A DNA stretch of 62,146 bases, filler included, from Dugesia japonica (lineage: Eukaryota), in assembly GCA_001938525.1 (NCBI GenBank). It is 6 parts of 6 records of this genome, joined end to end, with 100 filler letters (N's around TTAATTAATTAA, not from the genome) between each part and the next. Parts side by side here need not be neighbours in the genome. Positions count along the whole stretch, not along the records: positions 9,897 to 22,818 come from MQRL01196674.1; positions 22,919 to 32,261 come from MQRL01582434.1; 4 more parts are not named here. One strand, written 5' to 3'. Below are positions 12,010-25,900 of the stretch, in pieces. The stretch's first letter is position 1, and every line of letters starts with the position of its first letter. The notes beneath the pieces are model-generated. The model was given only the letters and a program-made list of their open reading frames with translations. It was not told the origin of the DNA and did not search any database. Made by a program: the position numbers and the translations under genes.

Positions 12010-12440
12010 TTTCCACATTTCTTTCAATCCTCTTGCCTTCTGAACTCTTCAGTAGGTATCGTCTTTCATGAATCTGTTTTATCACCTCTTATGGACCTGT
12101 ATATCTTTATTTGTCTTTTGATCTCTTTTCTACCTTGATTAGCACATCATCTCCAATTTGAAAATGTCTCTTTGTTGGTGTCAACTCTCCAGATTCTTCA
12201 TTCTTTTCTCCATTATTGAACTATCTTTCTCTATGTATTTTCTTACCAAATATCATGTATACTGGACCTATCTCCAAAGTCTTCTGGCTTGTTGCATTTA
12301 GTGTATATTCAATTTCTGGTATTAACTCCGCCCAAATTTATTCTTTTCGTCTTTTAATGTTGGATTGATGTAATCTCTGATCGTTCTGAATTGACATTCT
12401 ATTATTCCATTTGTATTATGATGACATGGACTTGAAAACA
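12010..12440 (-). pseudogene. Ty3/Gypsy integrase C-terminal remnant
   Basis: Minus-strand translation FSSPCHHNTNGIIECQFRTIRDYI matches the integrase SPYHxxxNGxxER motif. Confidence 0.75.
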
Positions 12441-15335
12441 TATAATAATATTTTTATTAATTATTATTTGTATATTTATTTGTTTACTTCCATATTTATT
12501 TATTCTTTATAAAAACCTTATTTTATCAATAAAGAAAAATGATAATTTTATTAATAGTTTTTAAAAAATTTTTCGAAAAATTATTACAATACTTAAAAAT
12601 ATCAAAAAATTGAGAAAAATATATCATGATTTATGGTCGTTTTAATAACCCCATTGTGTTAAAACGAGCCTCTTTAAATCATAAAATAAATTTATTAAAT
12701 AATAATAAAAATTTTACGTATTTAAGTTTTAACAAAACTAAACTTTTTTAATTTTAAATATTTTTAATTAAATCATAAAAAAATTTGGTAAATAATCATA
12801 AACTTTCACGTATGCAAATATGGGGTTTTTTTGATATGGGGTCTTTTTGTTGGTGTCTTAAATAAATCTTAGAATGAAAAGTGTTCAATTTTTAATTGCA
12901 AAGATGAATGTTTAATATTCATCTAACATGGTGCTAAAATTATCGTGATCTAATACCTTATCACTATATAATGGTTTCTCACAAATATTGTTGTTTATAA
13001 TCAGTTTTCGGAAAACTTGCCTAAAAATAATACATAAGATCTTTAGCACAAATTTGATAACACTTTTACTTTAACTAGAAATTTTATCTAGTAAACAGAT
13101 TAATTTTAACATAGTTAAAATAAATGAAGTAATTTATTTCAAAATCTATAAAAAGCTTGTTATGTATTATAAAAAACATTCTAAATAATTTAATTTACTT
13201 TCTAGACTGAAAAATATGAAGAAAGAGACGAATTAATAAAACATGAAGAAGAAATTAAAAATTATATCAATAACAAAGGAGGAATTAAAAAAGTTCATGA
13301 ATTTTGGGAAGTATGTTTTAGAAAGATCTGTTTTCTTTAACATTAATATAAGAAGTTTTTGTTCATCTTTTACTAACATATAAATCAACATGATTTTGAT
13401 CCTATAAATTTGTTGTCTTTAAATAAAGCATTAAAAAATCTTAGAATATTAGAATGATATTTGAAACATTTAAATATGCCACACTTGAATGAATAGTGAA
13501 GGATCAATCTTCGATAGCAAGGAATAAGTCCTTGATAAAAATATTGAAATTAAAATAAATGAAATTTTAACGAAATTAGATGTAGCAAAATTAAGTTTAA
13601 TGCATGAAAATTATAAGAAAATAGTTTTTGATTTAAACGGTTTAAAAGTTAATGTTGAAATAAAAGTTCCATCTCATAGAATTTATTTTCTTTAACTAAA
13701 ACAAAATCCTCATTGTTTGACAGATTATTTTTATAGAAAAATAATGTATTATAAAGAAAAATTAAACTTTGGATATCATCAACATTTCCATTTGGCAATA
13801 AAGGAAATCAACAGGAATTTAAATTTTCTAAAGTAGGTAGTTTTATTATTCCATATTTAAATTTTAAAACTGGAGAAGAAATTAATACAAATCGGGTTTT
13901 GCCGTCATTTTTTTTATGGTTTTTATATTGACAACTAAATGATTAAAGATTTTATTTTAAAAAATTAAAAATAAGATATGAATAAAAATGAAAATTTTAT
14001 AAAACTATTGCCACTGGAGAATTTTAGAATTGTAATAAATTAATAACTAGCAGTAAATTGAAAGTAGTTATTCCTGCCGAATTTAAATTTATAAATTTTA
14101 TATCATGCGAAAATTGTGTAACAAAATCAATTTTAAAAAATTTTAATTTTATAATTATCATCATCTAAGAACAACAAAAATATGAAAAAGAAAATCTAAC
14201 CATAATTCATTAATTGAAAATTAATTTTATTAAAAACGATTAAAAGAATAGTTTTATAATGTCAAAATATATACCAGAGTAGATAAATATGAGCGTTCTG
14301 GAACAGCTAACATTCAGTACCACCCATGATAAGTGGTGTCATTTAACTTAATCCTAATGTTTTTAGTTGGAGAATCAAAAATGACATCATATTAAGTAAT
14401 ATTATACTAAATTTTTTATATTTCCCTTGTGTATTTAGTTCTGTACTCAAATTATGTCATTAGATTAATTTAATCGGTGAAATTTGATTTTTAAAGAAAT
14501 AACTGCTTTTAAATTTTTTGGGATTTTTAATTGGTAATATTTTTTAAGTCTTTTAGTTGTAAAAATGTTTTTATGATGTTTTATAGAAATCTAATTAATA
14601 TGAAAATTTAAAATTTTTTACATCTAATTTTTTCAATAAAATTTTCAATTTTTAAAACAAAAATTTTTTCATTAATCGACTCAAAATTTTGCAGCGACCA
14701 ATTTAGGTTTTCCCAGAATTTCACACTGAATATTTCGAAAAAATATTTTCTTCTCAAAATAGGTCAATAAAGTGTCTATTCAATAGAAAATATTTTGCTG
14801 ATTCCAAATATGTTACTCTAAAATCGCTAAAGTTAATCCATGATAAAATAAACGAAGTTTTGTCATTGTTAATATCAGAACTCGAATTCATTACAAAATT
14901 TATTCAAATAAAATCTATGCTTAACACTATTTGTTTATTCAAACAAATTAAAATTCTGTGTTTTCATTGGTGATCATTTTTATAAAATTTTTAAATCAAA
15001 ATTTTTATTTATTTAAAATAAATTTACTTTAATTTAATTAAAGATTTTTTATTTATTTATTTCAAATTTAAAGAAATTTTTATTCTCTTTAAAAATTTTA
15101 TTTATTATAAAATTTTACTTTATTATACAATCGTTATTTTGAAATTTAAATTTGAAACTTTTATTTATATAATTAGCAAAATTTCCGTTTACTCAAAAAA
15201 ATTTAATTTATCATTAAACCAAATATTTGTAATTTAAATTTTTCATCAACAATTTAAATCTCTCCTTTAAACATAAGATTTTAAACATATGATCACCAAT
15301 CACACAAAAATTTCAACTTGCTTTTCAAAACATAC

Positions 15336-17200
15336 TCACATCCTCCTTTTTAAATAATTTTTTGATCTTCTTTCAAGACATTTTCCGTTTGTGTCTTTTA
15401 ACCGTTCTTTCTCATATACTAGACTTAATGGTCTCCATTGTTGGACTGTTGCTGTATCAATGTGCTTTGGCTCGGCTATCTCAACTAAATGATTCATTGT
15501 TTTCCAAAATACTTTTTTAGTCAGTTCATCTGTCAGCAATGTCGTATTTCCGATCACAGTCTCCACATAATCATACACCATCGTTTTATATTTTAGTTTA
15601 GTTATCACTTTTAGTTATCATATTAACTTGAGCTATGGTGGTTTTCTTTTTCATTGCACATATCATTTGTCTAGTCTTTGGTTTTCTGACTTCCTTCACG
15701 ATGTCTGTCATAAATTCTTGATGCAATTATATACTTTTTTGGTCGCAGTAATAGTCTCTGATCGTACGATCACCATATGTTTGCGATATTTCTTTTTAAA
15801 GGATTTTAACATTTGATCGCTCATTCTTAATTCTGAATAATATCACTATGGTCGTTTAATTCTGTGCATTCCTACAAAATCTACTAGTTTCACTGTTGGT
15901 TTACCTGACCAGATTCCATTTTCTGAGATATGTGCTATTGGATGAGTTTTGAGAACTCGGATTATCAACATCAAAATTCAACTCCATAAAATTTATTTCT
16001 AAAAAAACCATCATTATTTGTTTAATCAAACAAATTAAATCTTTATGCTCTAATCGGAAATTATTTTTCACAAATTTAAAAATTTAGATTTAAAACTTGA
16101 TTTAAATTAATTTGAAAATTTTCAGAAAATAATTATTTTTCAATAACACATCCTTTAAAATTTTCACAAAATTTTATAACAAAAAATGTTCATTTGTTAA
16201 GAACATATCCTTTAAAACTTTCACAAAAGCTTTCATAAAATTTTCAAAACCAAATCACTTGCTATTAAATTATCATTTTAAAATCTTCTGAACTTTCAAA
16301 ACAAAAGTGTTATTTCCAAAAATTTTAATTTATTTTAATTTCTTAATTTATTTGTGATTTTGGTTTTTTTAAAAAAGATTTTTAAAAACACAATTTCCAA
16401 TCAGAGCACAAAAATTTAAACTGGCTTCGAAACCACTGACATTTGCTTTATTGTCATCTTGTTCTATTATTCATGTTCGTTAACACAAAACATAATCTCT
16501 GATAGGCTTTGGCCATACCGATTCATTTAATGTTTGCAATAATCCTCCCACTGTAGTTTCTGGCAACACGATTTTCCTGGGTATTTCCTGATATTTCAAC
16601 TTAGCCAAATTTTTGTCTTAGGCCGGTGAATAAGCATTGATATTATAATCGTTTTGGTTTTGTATGATTTCGAATTTTTAATTAATATTCCCATGCTTAA
16701 GGTAAGCACGATTTGCTTCTGAACGAATCCAGTTCACCGGACTCCATTAATTCCAGCAAATGGTTCATCATTTCCCAAAATGCTTTTCGATCAACTACTG
16801 TCTTGAAAGTTTGTATCATTGTAATTTTATCCTTAATCTGTTTCTTTATAGCTGTCCTATTTGCTATTCATCTCGTCGGTGGTTCCACTTTCATTGGATG
16901 GCTTCTCATCATATTTATATGTCCTCGATTATTTTCTTGTTTTTGCATTCTCCCTCTTGTCAATTGCTGCTCTTCTAATTAAAGTTGCAGATGTTCTTGC
17001 TCTTGTTTTAACTTGCCGTTCACTCGATGTTCCGTCTCATCTTGTCTTTCCATGTCTTGCTGTATGAAATTCACTTGTTGCTGTCTTTAACTACGATTAT
17101 TTTTTATCTGGTTCCTCAATTTATACTTTTTTCTATCATTTGCCTGGTTATTTCTTGATTTATTACTGTAGTTTGTATTGGAATTCACATATATATGCAA
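15336..17200 (-). pseudogene. Decayed relative of the segment A repeat protein, interrupted by an AT-rich LTR-like insert (about 15945-16420)
   Basis: KKVFWKTMNHLVEI...QQW..LVYE (15336-15608), RKAFWEMMNHLLEL (about 16745-16790) and HISENGIWSGKPTVKLV (about 15885-15935) match the repeat motifs at 145-4215. Confidence 0.65.
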
Positions 17201-18120
17201 ATCAATGTTTCAAATAATAACTTAAATTTACTTTTTATATATATTAGCTTCTCCCGGATTTTCCAAAATAGCAAATGATAAATTTTAAATCAAACATAGT
17301 GTTGAAAAATTGTTAGTTTTTAAAAATAAACTAGAATGATAATTGTCCATTTTCCATAGCGTAACCAGATTTTATTTTTACTTGTAGCTAGGAAAATTTA
17401 GCTGTTGGTTAGCCAGCCAATCATAATGGTATTTTTTCTATTTTCAACCGCTGATTGGAGGCCACATCTTTGTCGTTCAGCGTCAGATTTTTCAGTCGGT
17501 CACCTCGTATGAATAAGTTTGGTTGTCGCTATGCGATATCTTTGTCTGGATTAGGGTGAGTAACTTGTTTTGTTTCTAATTCTAGATTTTATTCACCCTA
17601 ACCAGACGTTTTATTGGACTATCTGTACAAGATTTGTCTTAACTCAAGATGTATCAGCATAAATATTTTGACGTAGATTTTTTTAATATTTAAAACGTAA
17701 ATTTTTTTAGTATTATATTTCAGATTTTAATTCAACATGAAAATATTGAAAGTCCTACATAAGATTAAAGTTGGATAAAATAATAAAAGAATGAAACTAA
17801 ACGTATATTTATGTAAGATATATTCTAAATTTGATTTAACGTATCTCATAAAAAGACGTAAAATGAAAACATTACTAAGATATTTTTTACGCGATACACA
17901 CGTTCACAATGAACACTCGTAGATAACAGAATATTATTTTGCTAATATTTAAATGTAGATAACTAATTATATTATGATGTAATCAGTATAATAAAAGTAT
18001 TATTTTTTACCTTAAATCACGGGAAACATGAATCCATAATGAAAATTAAATAATAAATAAATAAACTAAGATTAAGACGAGTTATAAATCTTGTGTATTT
18101 ATGTATATATTGATTTTTAG

Positions 18121-18405
18121 AAGAAAAAGAAAAATGCTGACATTGATCAGAGGGAAGACTTAATTAGTAAATACAACTTCATTTGATTAATTAAATTTAT
18201 TTATCAGTTAAAATGGTATCGGATAATTTCAAAGTGGTACAGGCTAATATTATCTGCAATTTTCCTAAATGGATTCAAAAGTTTATGATTAAAGATTTGC
18301 TTGAAACTATGGATACATTGCTAACAAGTGAAGATGCTTCTCATCTATTAAAAATAGATAAAGTGCATGAAAATAATTTAGCGATTTTAAAAAGTGAATT
18401 AAAGG
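18121..18405 (+). CDS. Probable exons of an unidentified host gene
   Basis: Two open stretches bounded by TTTTAG/GTAAAT and TATCAG/GTAATC with an intron of about 40 nt; no recognisable domain. Confidence 0.3.
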
Positions 18406-18659
18406 TAATCTTTTAAATTATAGATTATTATAATTATAATCATTCTGATAATTTTAATGAATTATTTATTAAATGTCATTCAGTAGCGTTTTTCTTTTCT
18501 GAAAAGATTTCATAAATTTTTTTGACTTTACTTTCATTTTGTTAAATATAAATTTCTAAAATAATATTTAATGAATTAAACAGTTTCAAACTATCTTCAA
18601 AATTTAAATATTTAAACAATTCAATTGTAATTTAAATATTATACCAAATCCCTCTTTTT

Positions 18660-19620
18660 ATCATTCGAATTCCCGGATTCTTGGTGGCTTACGTCTTTCT
18701 CTTGTAGGATTATTTTTCTCTGACTGTCGATTGTTAATTGTTTCGGTTTGATTATTGAACTTCTTTTTGATTGACTCATTATTGTTGTGTTCTTAAGACT
18801 CCTTTCACCTCTAGCTTTTCCATTGTAAATTTTTTTATTTGATTAACATTACGAATTAGCAATTTTCCATTGTAACTCATTGAAATATTATCGTATGGTA
18901 GTATTTCAGTAACCTGATACAGTACTTTATATCGCTTCTTTAACATTCATTTCTTCTTCGATTTAAACAGTATCATGTCGCCAATTTTTATTTGATAGTT
19001 AATGTTAATTATATTCTCTTTTGCTTTTAAATTTTGATCTATTCTGTCTAAATTTACTCTAGAAGTCTCTAGATATTGATCAAAAGTCTTTGAGTAGACT
19101 TGTTTGTTATTTAAATAAGCCTGAAATTGTTTGCCAAAGCTATTTCAAAAAGAGTATAAGTTGTTTCATTTTTTGTTATTCTCATACCCATTTCGACAAA
19201 AGAAATTACATGAATCCAATTTGTTACAAATTTCTAGCTGGTTGCGTAAATTCTATCTTTTGAAGTTCTAAAAATTCTTTCTATAAACCCATTCCCTTGA
19301 TGATAGTATTGGCTAACAAAGTTCTGATTTCTTTTAAGAACTTTACAAAATTCTTCACCAAAATTGTTTTAAAACTGACTTTTACGGTCGGAGTGAATAA
19401 TTTTTGGCATTATAAAGATAGTGATTTATCTTTTAAATAATGTATTTATTACTTAGTTCAATTATCATTGTTTATCTTGAGAAAACATTTATTACTCATT
19501 AAATATATCTGTATTCTTTACATTGTGTTAATTGTCCGGTGATATCTATGCATATTTTTTGAATGCCTCATTAGCTACAAAATGTTTTTCAGTAAAACTC
19601 AAAAAATTTGCTTTTCATTG
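18660..19620 (-). pseudogene. Ty3/Gypsy integrase remnant
   Basis: Minus strand gives CIDITGQL, PKIIHSDRKSQF and YYHQGNGFIERIFRT (D,D,E regions), with many stops. Confidence 0.75.
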
Positions 19621-19811
19621 TACGGAAATAATTATTATTTAATAATTTAAGACAATGGAAAGTGATAAAATTGAATATTAAAATTTAATCAATTCTAAAA
19701 ACACTTATATATTTATCCTATCAAGCATAGTTTGGAGTAGTAAAATAAATGATGTCTCAAAATATTAGTTTTGATTTGGAAAATTAATTTCCATTTGAAG
19801 ATTTACCTAAC

Positions 19812-20760
19812 ATGATGGCAGCGTTAAATACCGATTTTATTACAGAGAGGTTATTGTCAAATATGTTTTGCAGAAGAGATGATATTGAGAAACTCATCAA
19901 AAGGTGCGAATTGTATTTTGAAGCTAAAAGCATCATTCAGGTGAAACAACAGGAGAGATTAGTCTCTTGTTTGCTAGATGAAGATTTGTTGGAAGAATAT
20001 ATAGACGTTGAAAAATGTTGAGGTTTCCAGGCTCATTTACGTATGGCATTTGAGAAAGAGAAATATGTTATCAAATACCTTCAACATTTGATTAATTGCA
20101 AGCGTTGAAATGAAGAGATTCAAGTTATTTTTAAAAATATAAAAGATTTACTAAAAAAATTATTTACAAATAAAGATTTTACTGAAAAGAAATGGTAGCA
20201 AAGATGCTAGTATATTGTTCAGATAACAAAAATGTTGAAGAAGAAGTGACTCTGAGGAAACAACAATATATATAGAAGAAATTGAAGAAACAATAACGTT
20301 AGTAAATCGAGTAGAAAAAAACAGAGATTGAGTTGATGCAGTCAGAAGTTACGCGAGAGTTACAAATCGAAATTATCAGAAACCTGTAAATCATACAGTG
20401 AATAGACATGTAGAGCAAAGAAAGGAAAAACAAAATATCAAATACTGGTTATGTCATAAGATCGGTCATACTAAAGCAAATTGTCCGATGAAAAAAGGGG
20501 TAGAGTGCTGGAGTTGTCATAACACAGAACATATAAGTCGAGATCGTCTAAATAAAAAACCAACAAAATGTTTTGGCTGTGAAAATGTTGGTCATATTAG
20601 AAGGTTATGTCAAGAAGTGAAATTTAAACGATGTGGTAATAGTGGACATAGGGCAGAAGATTGCTACACAAATTGTATATGTAATGAAATCAAAATCGAG
20701 AAGATTGAATTGGAAAATTGGTTAAAAGTTAGAAAAGAAGAGAAAGATCAAATAAAAGCA
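19812..20760 (+). pseudogene. gag: Gypsy gag remnant with multiple CCHC zinc knuckles
   Basis: CHKIGHTKANC, CWSCHNTEH, CFGCENVGHIRRLC and RCGNSGHRAEDC. It follows an LTR-like end ..CTAACA and PBS-like TGATGGCAGCG, and is homologous to 43536-44100. Confidence 0.8.
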
Positions 20761-21399
20761 TTCAGATCAAATAAAAACCACATAATAATGAAACTCTTCT
20801 GGAGAATATTAAACAACATGTTTGGAATTTATATAATGGTATCCATTAAATAACAAACAAAACAACATAATAATAACTATTTTTTAATTACATCCAATCA
20901 TTTCATCCTTAAATTAAATTTTTTATTTGATGATTACACATTGGCATTTATCGCATAGACAAAATTCTTTTTCTGTATTATTGTTACAAACTTTGATTAC
21001 AACTAAATACACAGGGATTAAGTTTATAATCTTACGTCAGTGAAGAGAGGGTTAGTACAGTCCGCTACTATCTACCTTCATTTGTCTTTCATCAACGGAA
21101 TATGAAGAAAAAGAAGATAGAAAATTGACTATCAAACCATGCAAAGCATTGTCTCCACGTAATTGAAATTGAAAAGCACAGCCCAGTTCAATAAATATAT
21201 TATATTAAAATTTTAAAAGGAATTCCTGCTGATTTGGCAAATGTTTTAGATGATAAATAAAATTCTTCAGTAGACATTTTTAATGGAGTAGTCAGAGTTT
21301 TATAATAATTTGTAAATAATTATTCGTTTTATGTTTTCATTGTAAACAGATTGGTTTTCATCTGTATTTTTTAATAAATTGGTTCATGAGAGTTAAATG

Positions 21400-22090
21400 C
21401 TTTGCTGTATCTCAATCCATTAAAAAACTTTTGACGCCAAATTGATTGAATTTGAACTGCATCAATTTTTATGTTCCAATTTATAAGCCCATTCAAATTC
21501 ACGACAGTAGTATAATGATAGTTTTTTGCCGTCCGCTAACAATAGCATATTTATTTGTTTTTCTCCACAAATTTTGATCTCAGAATTATACCTAAATTAT
21601 AATGTTTGATATCCCATATTTTTTTATTCAAACTTCGAAATATTTGCCAACTTCATAGGCATATCCTTTTCATAAAAAAGTTCTGACATAAATTGATTAT
21701 ATTTAAAAACTCTATAACTATGATTTTTGTCAATTACATCTCATTTATAACCACTTAAAAAGTCATACATTTTCACTATTCTTAAAAATCACAATCGCTT
21801 TTACTAATAAATGTTTTCTAGTGTTAGGATATAACTACATCCTGATAATCTACTTAAGTTAATTATTTTAGTCAATTTGAAATTTATCTCCAATAATCTA
21901 CTTAAATTCCAGTCACTTCCTAGTTCACTTCTTCAAACTATTTTTTCATTCAATGACTTAATTTTTTCTTCGAAAAACTTATTATTAATTAAGACAACAC
22001 GGTTAGATACTTGACAGGTTTTTATTTCATTATCTCTTATGAACTCAACATGAATTCCAAACTGAATTTTTACATTCTTCATTTCTTAAA
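21400..22090 (-). pseudogene. Highly decayed N-terminal fragment of a Polinton-type PolB ORF
   Basis: Minus-strand LGSDWNLSRL and KAIVIFKNSENV resemble GSGWTM...VINIENKDNKCF at 38682-39008. Confidence 0.4.
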
Positions 22091-22730
22091 TTATTTTAAA
22101 CAAATTTTCTAGTAAAATAATCCTGAGCATGTTAGTGAGTGGTTACGTACAGACACGACCAGGAAGTGACGAAATCACCGTTGACGCCCCCTTGTGTAAA
22201 CAACAATAGGTGTGAATTTTCACAACTTTGAGGTGTGAATTTTCACACCTTAAAAATAAATAAAAAATTTCAAGCATTGTGCACTTTGTTATTTTTTTAT
22301 TGACATTTCAAAGCATATCATTATTATTAGTATTTAAATTACTATTTTTTTTTGAAGGCGCACTGAGCATTATAAAATACATTATTATTAATATGATTTA
22401 AAATATTTTTTATAGTGGTGAATTTTCACATCTTTTATATTTTTATTGTTTTAATTAACATGGAAATTTAACACCTTATTAATTTTTTATTAAAAATTAA
22501 AAGCGTTGTGCATTGAGCTTTATAAAATACATTATTATTATTCTTATTAATATTATTATTATTAATGTTATTTAATTTTTACATCTTTAGCGTCAATTTT
22601 CACACCTAATTGTAAACAATGTTTTCTTTTTATCAGCATATAAAAATTTTCAAACATTATTATTATTATTATTAAAATGTTTTTTTTCACACTTTTGGCA
22701 TAAACTTTCACACCTTTATTATTTGTCAGG

Positions 22731-22763
22731 AATCCTGACGAAGATTAGGTCGAAATATCGATT
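22731..22763 (+). ncRNA. Minimal type I hammerhead ribozyme motif (Penelope-like)
   Basis: AATC-CTGACGA-A-GAT.TAG.GTC-GAAA-TAT-C-GATT: intact core with stems I and II paired. Confidence 0.7.
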
Positions 22764-22918
22764 TGTTATCTAATATCAATAATTAAAACCTAAATTTTGA
22801 TCTAAGCTTTTATATTAANNNNNNNNNNNNNNNNNNNNNNNNNNNNNNNNNNNNNNNNNNNNTTAATTAATTAANNNNNNNNNNNNNNNNNNNNNNNNNN
22901 NNNNNNNNNNNNNNNNNN

Positions 22919-25900
22919 GGTTGTGGAATAGATTTTATTGAAAATGGAAAAATAACATCGGTATATATTGGATGACTAATTTTATATGGACTTTTAGAGT
23001 ATATTCTGAATCTGTTTTCAATAGATGTATCAAAATCTGGAACTTCGTATTCGAAAATATTTCCTGGCAAGTGAACTATAGGTATCCAGTCCTTTGTTTT
23101 ACTTGTCCATTTTTCAAGAACAAATGATTGTTGTGGTTGATATTCATAGCTTCCGGGCATTTCCCACATTACTTTAAATGGTTTAACAGTTTGTGATGGA
23201 TAAATATTAATAGGTTGAACTAAAATATCTTTCTCTAAATTAGGCATTTCAATTGGTGCTGATCTTGCAGATGAACCACAACCCTCAGAATTAAATGGTG
23301 TGATTTGTACAACCCAACTGTGATCAGGATTTAATTGTGGAAGTATACACCGGTTTTCATTAGGACCGATTGTTGCGATACTTGTTTCTTCTCCTGTTGT
23401 CAAATCTAAAAGTAAAACTTTATAACCTTTAATGGGTGATCCTCCATCATCCATTGATTTAAACCATTTAGCAAATAATCCAAATTCTTCTGGTTCCACT
23501 CTTACATTTAATACAGATAATGGTTTTGATAATTTCATTTGTGGTTTGACAGAGCGGTCCATTAACATGGGCGGAAGGGCTTTGCCAGATTTATCATATG
23601 GAATAACTCTAATCCATATCGGAGTGTCTGCATTCAACCCATACATTAAATGATTTCGTTTAGTTCCTCTAACATCAGTTTCATATTCCCACTTTTTGAG
23701 ATCAGGATTCCATTTTTCAACTCTGAATTTATCGATTTCTGTTGTTGGGATGTAGTCATTCCACGAGACTTCTAAACTGGCTGAAGTTAACGGTTTAACA
23801 ATTAAAGGATTTTGATTTTTAAGTTCTATTTCTGTAACTGCAGTTGGTTTGGGATAATACTTTTCTGATTTTGGTAAACCATAACTTCCATAAATGTATT
23901 CTTTATCTATCCAGGAAAGATTTTCCGGTTTCAAATTATAATTCAAACCAGGACTAGAACTGTAATCGGGTTTGAAATTATTATTATAAAAGTTATCTTT
24001 TTCATATGATTTTTTAATTCTTGGTTCGAACTTTAAAATATTCTNNNNNNNNNNNNNNTCTTCATGTTCATCATATACATTGGGTAATCTAACTTTTATT
24101 GGCAAACTTCTTAAATTATTAGTGTCATCATATACCGTCAACTTTAAATCTCGAGGTTTTCTGTTTGACAACAAAGATAAAGGAATACTATAAGTACTTA
24201 AAGAATCTGGCAAATCAATAACTGGTTTCCAAACATTTTCATTGCAAATTTTTTCTTCAATTAAAACATGGCGATTAGAAGTATCTAATTGATTCGGTAA
24301 ATTCCAATTTAAATCGAGGAATTCATGCTCTTTATTTAATCTTAATTTGAAATTTGAAATCGGCGCCAATGGTATTCTTTCAGAAGTCAAAACTGGATTC
24401 GGTAAATTTCTTGGTTCACTAATTGCGTCAGGATACAAAGCTGAAACACGGAAATCATAATATGTGTTTGGTTTAAGGTTATCAACAATATATTCAACTG
24501 GCTTTGATCTATCTTTATCCTTTGGTTTGTAGGTGAATTCAACTGGTTGCCAATTATCAGAAGAAGAACTGAGATTTTTCTTTTCAACTTTATATGATTG
24601 AACATCATTCGAAGATGGAGAAATCCATGATAATATTACTTTATCATCATTAGGTTGTTTATTTATTGCTTTAAGACCTTTAATTGATTCTGGTTTTATT
24701 ACTTTAACAAAACTCTCCTCGCTAATTAATGGTTTACTTAACCCATTTGCATTTCTTGCAAACACACGAAAAAAGTATTCTTCATTTGGAAGAATATCAC
24801 TAAATATTGCTTCAGTGTCTGGAATTTCTAAATAAGATTTCCAAGGTCTTCCTCGTCTTTTAAATTCAATTTGATAACACGTTGTAGGTAATCCGCCATC
24901 GTCAATAGGAGGTTTCCATGAAATAACACAGTCACTATTGACAGGTTTCATTTTTATCGGTCCTCTTGGTTGACTTGGGACAGTCGATTGTTTTTTCGGT
25001 TGAATGGAAAATTCGTTTTCTAAAGGCTCTGATATTCCATTTTTATTTTCAGCAACAATTCTAAAATTGAATTTTGTGCCTTCCAATAAATATTGAGCAG
25101 TAAATTCCAAAGGTTGACCAATAATATTGGGAATTTTTCCAATTTCTTGCCAACTTGTACGAAAATGTTCTCTTTTGTAAATTCGATAAGCGGTAATTGG
25201 TGTGCCTCCATCAAATAGCGGCTTTTTCCAAGCTAATACACAACTATTGTTGTCAATATCGGTAATAATGAGAGGACCTTGAGGAGCAGTTGGTACAGCT
25301 GAAAATAATATAATTAAATANNNNNNNNNATTACATTACATAAAACAAAAACTATCAAAAAATATAGTTCAACATTTCCATTTTATTTACTTATTAATGA
25401 AGGTTGAATATTAATTATATGATTAAAAAGGTTTTATTAAGATTATGGAAATAAAAGAAAAAAATATTCCTTGTAATTTGAATCTAATATAAAGTGGTAA
25501 CGTTGACCGTAAACCTTTTTTACATACATACAAAAATATAATATAAAAACAATTCAAGACTGTGATGATGAACACTAATTTCAAAAAGTTTGGTTTAAAA
25601 CATTAGTTTATTAACAATAACCATGTAACAATATCTAAAAATTAATAGATGACCTTTGACTAAATTTCTTTCTTTAAAAGTCAGATAGGGCTTCAAATCC
25701 ATTTCGAAAATGAAATGAGTAATTCTCGTCAAACAAATCTAACAGTGATTATATGATGGTTAAGTAAAACTAAAATTACATTTACACGTATAAGAAAATC
25801 TGATATTAAACTTCATATTAAAATAAAATTGAGGAAAAATGTATTTCAAAGTAACTCAATATCTATTTAAATATTAATTTTATAAATTTTCTCTAGAAGA

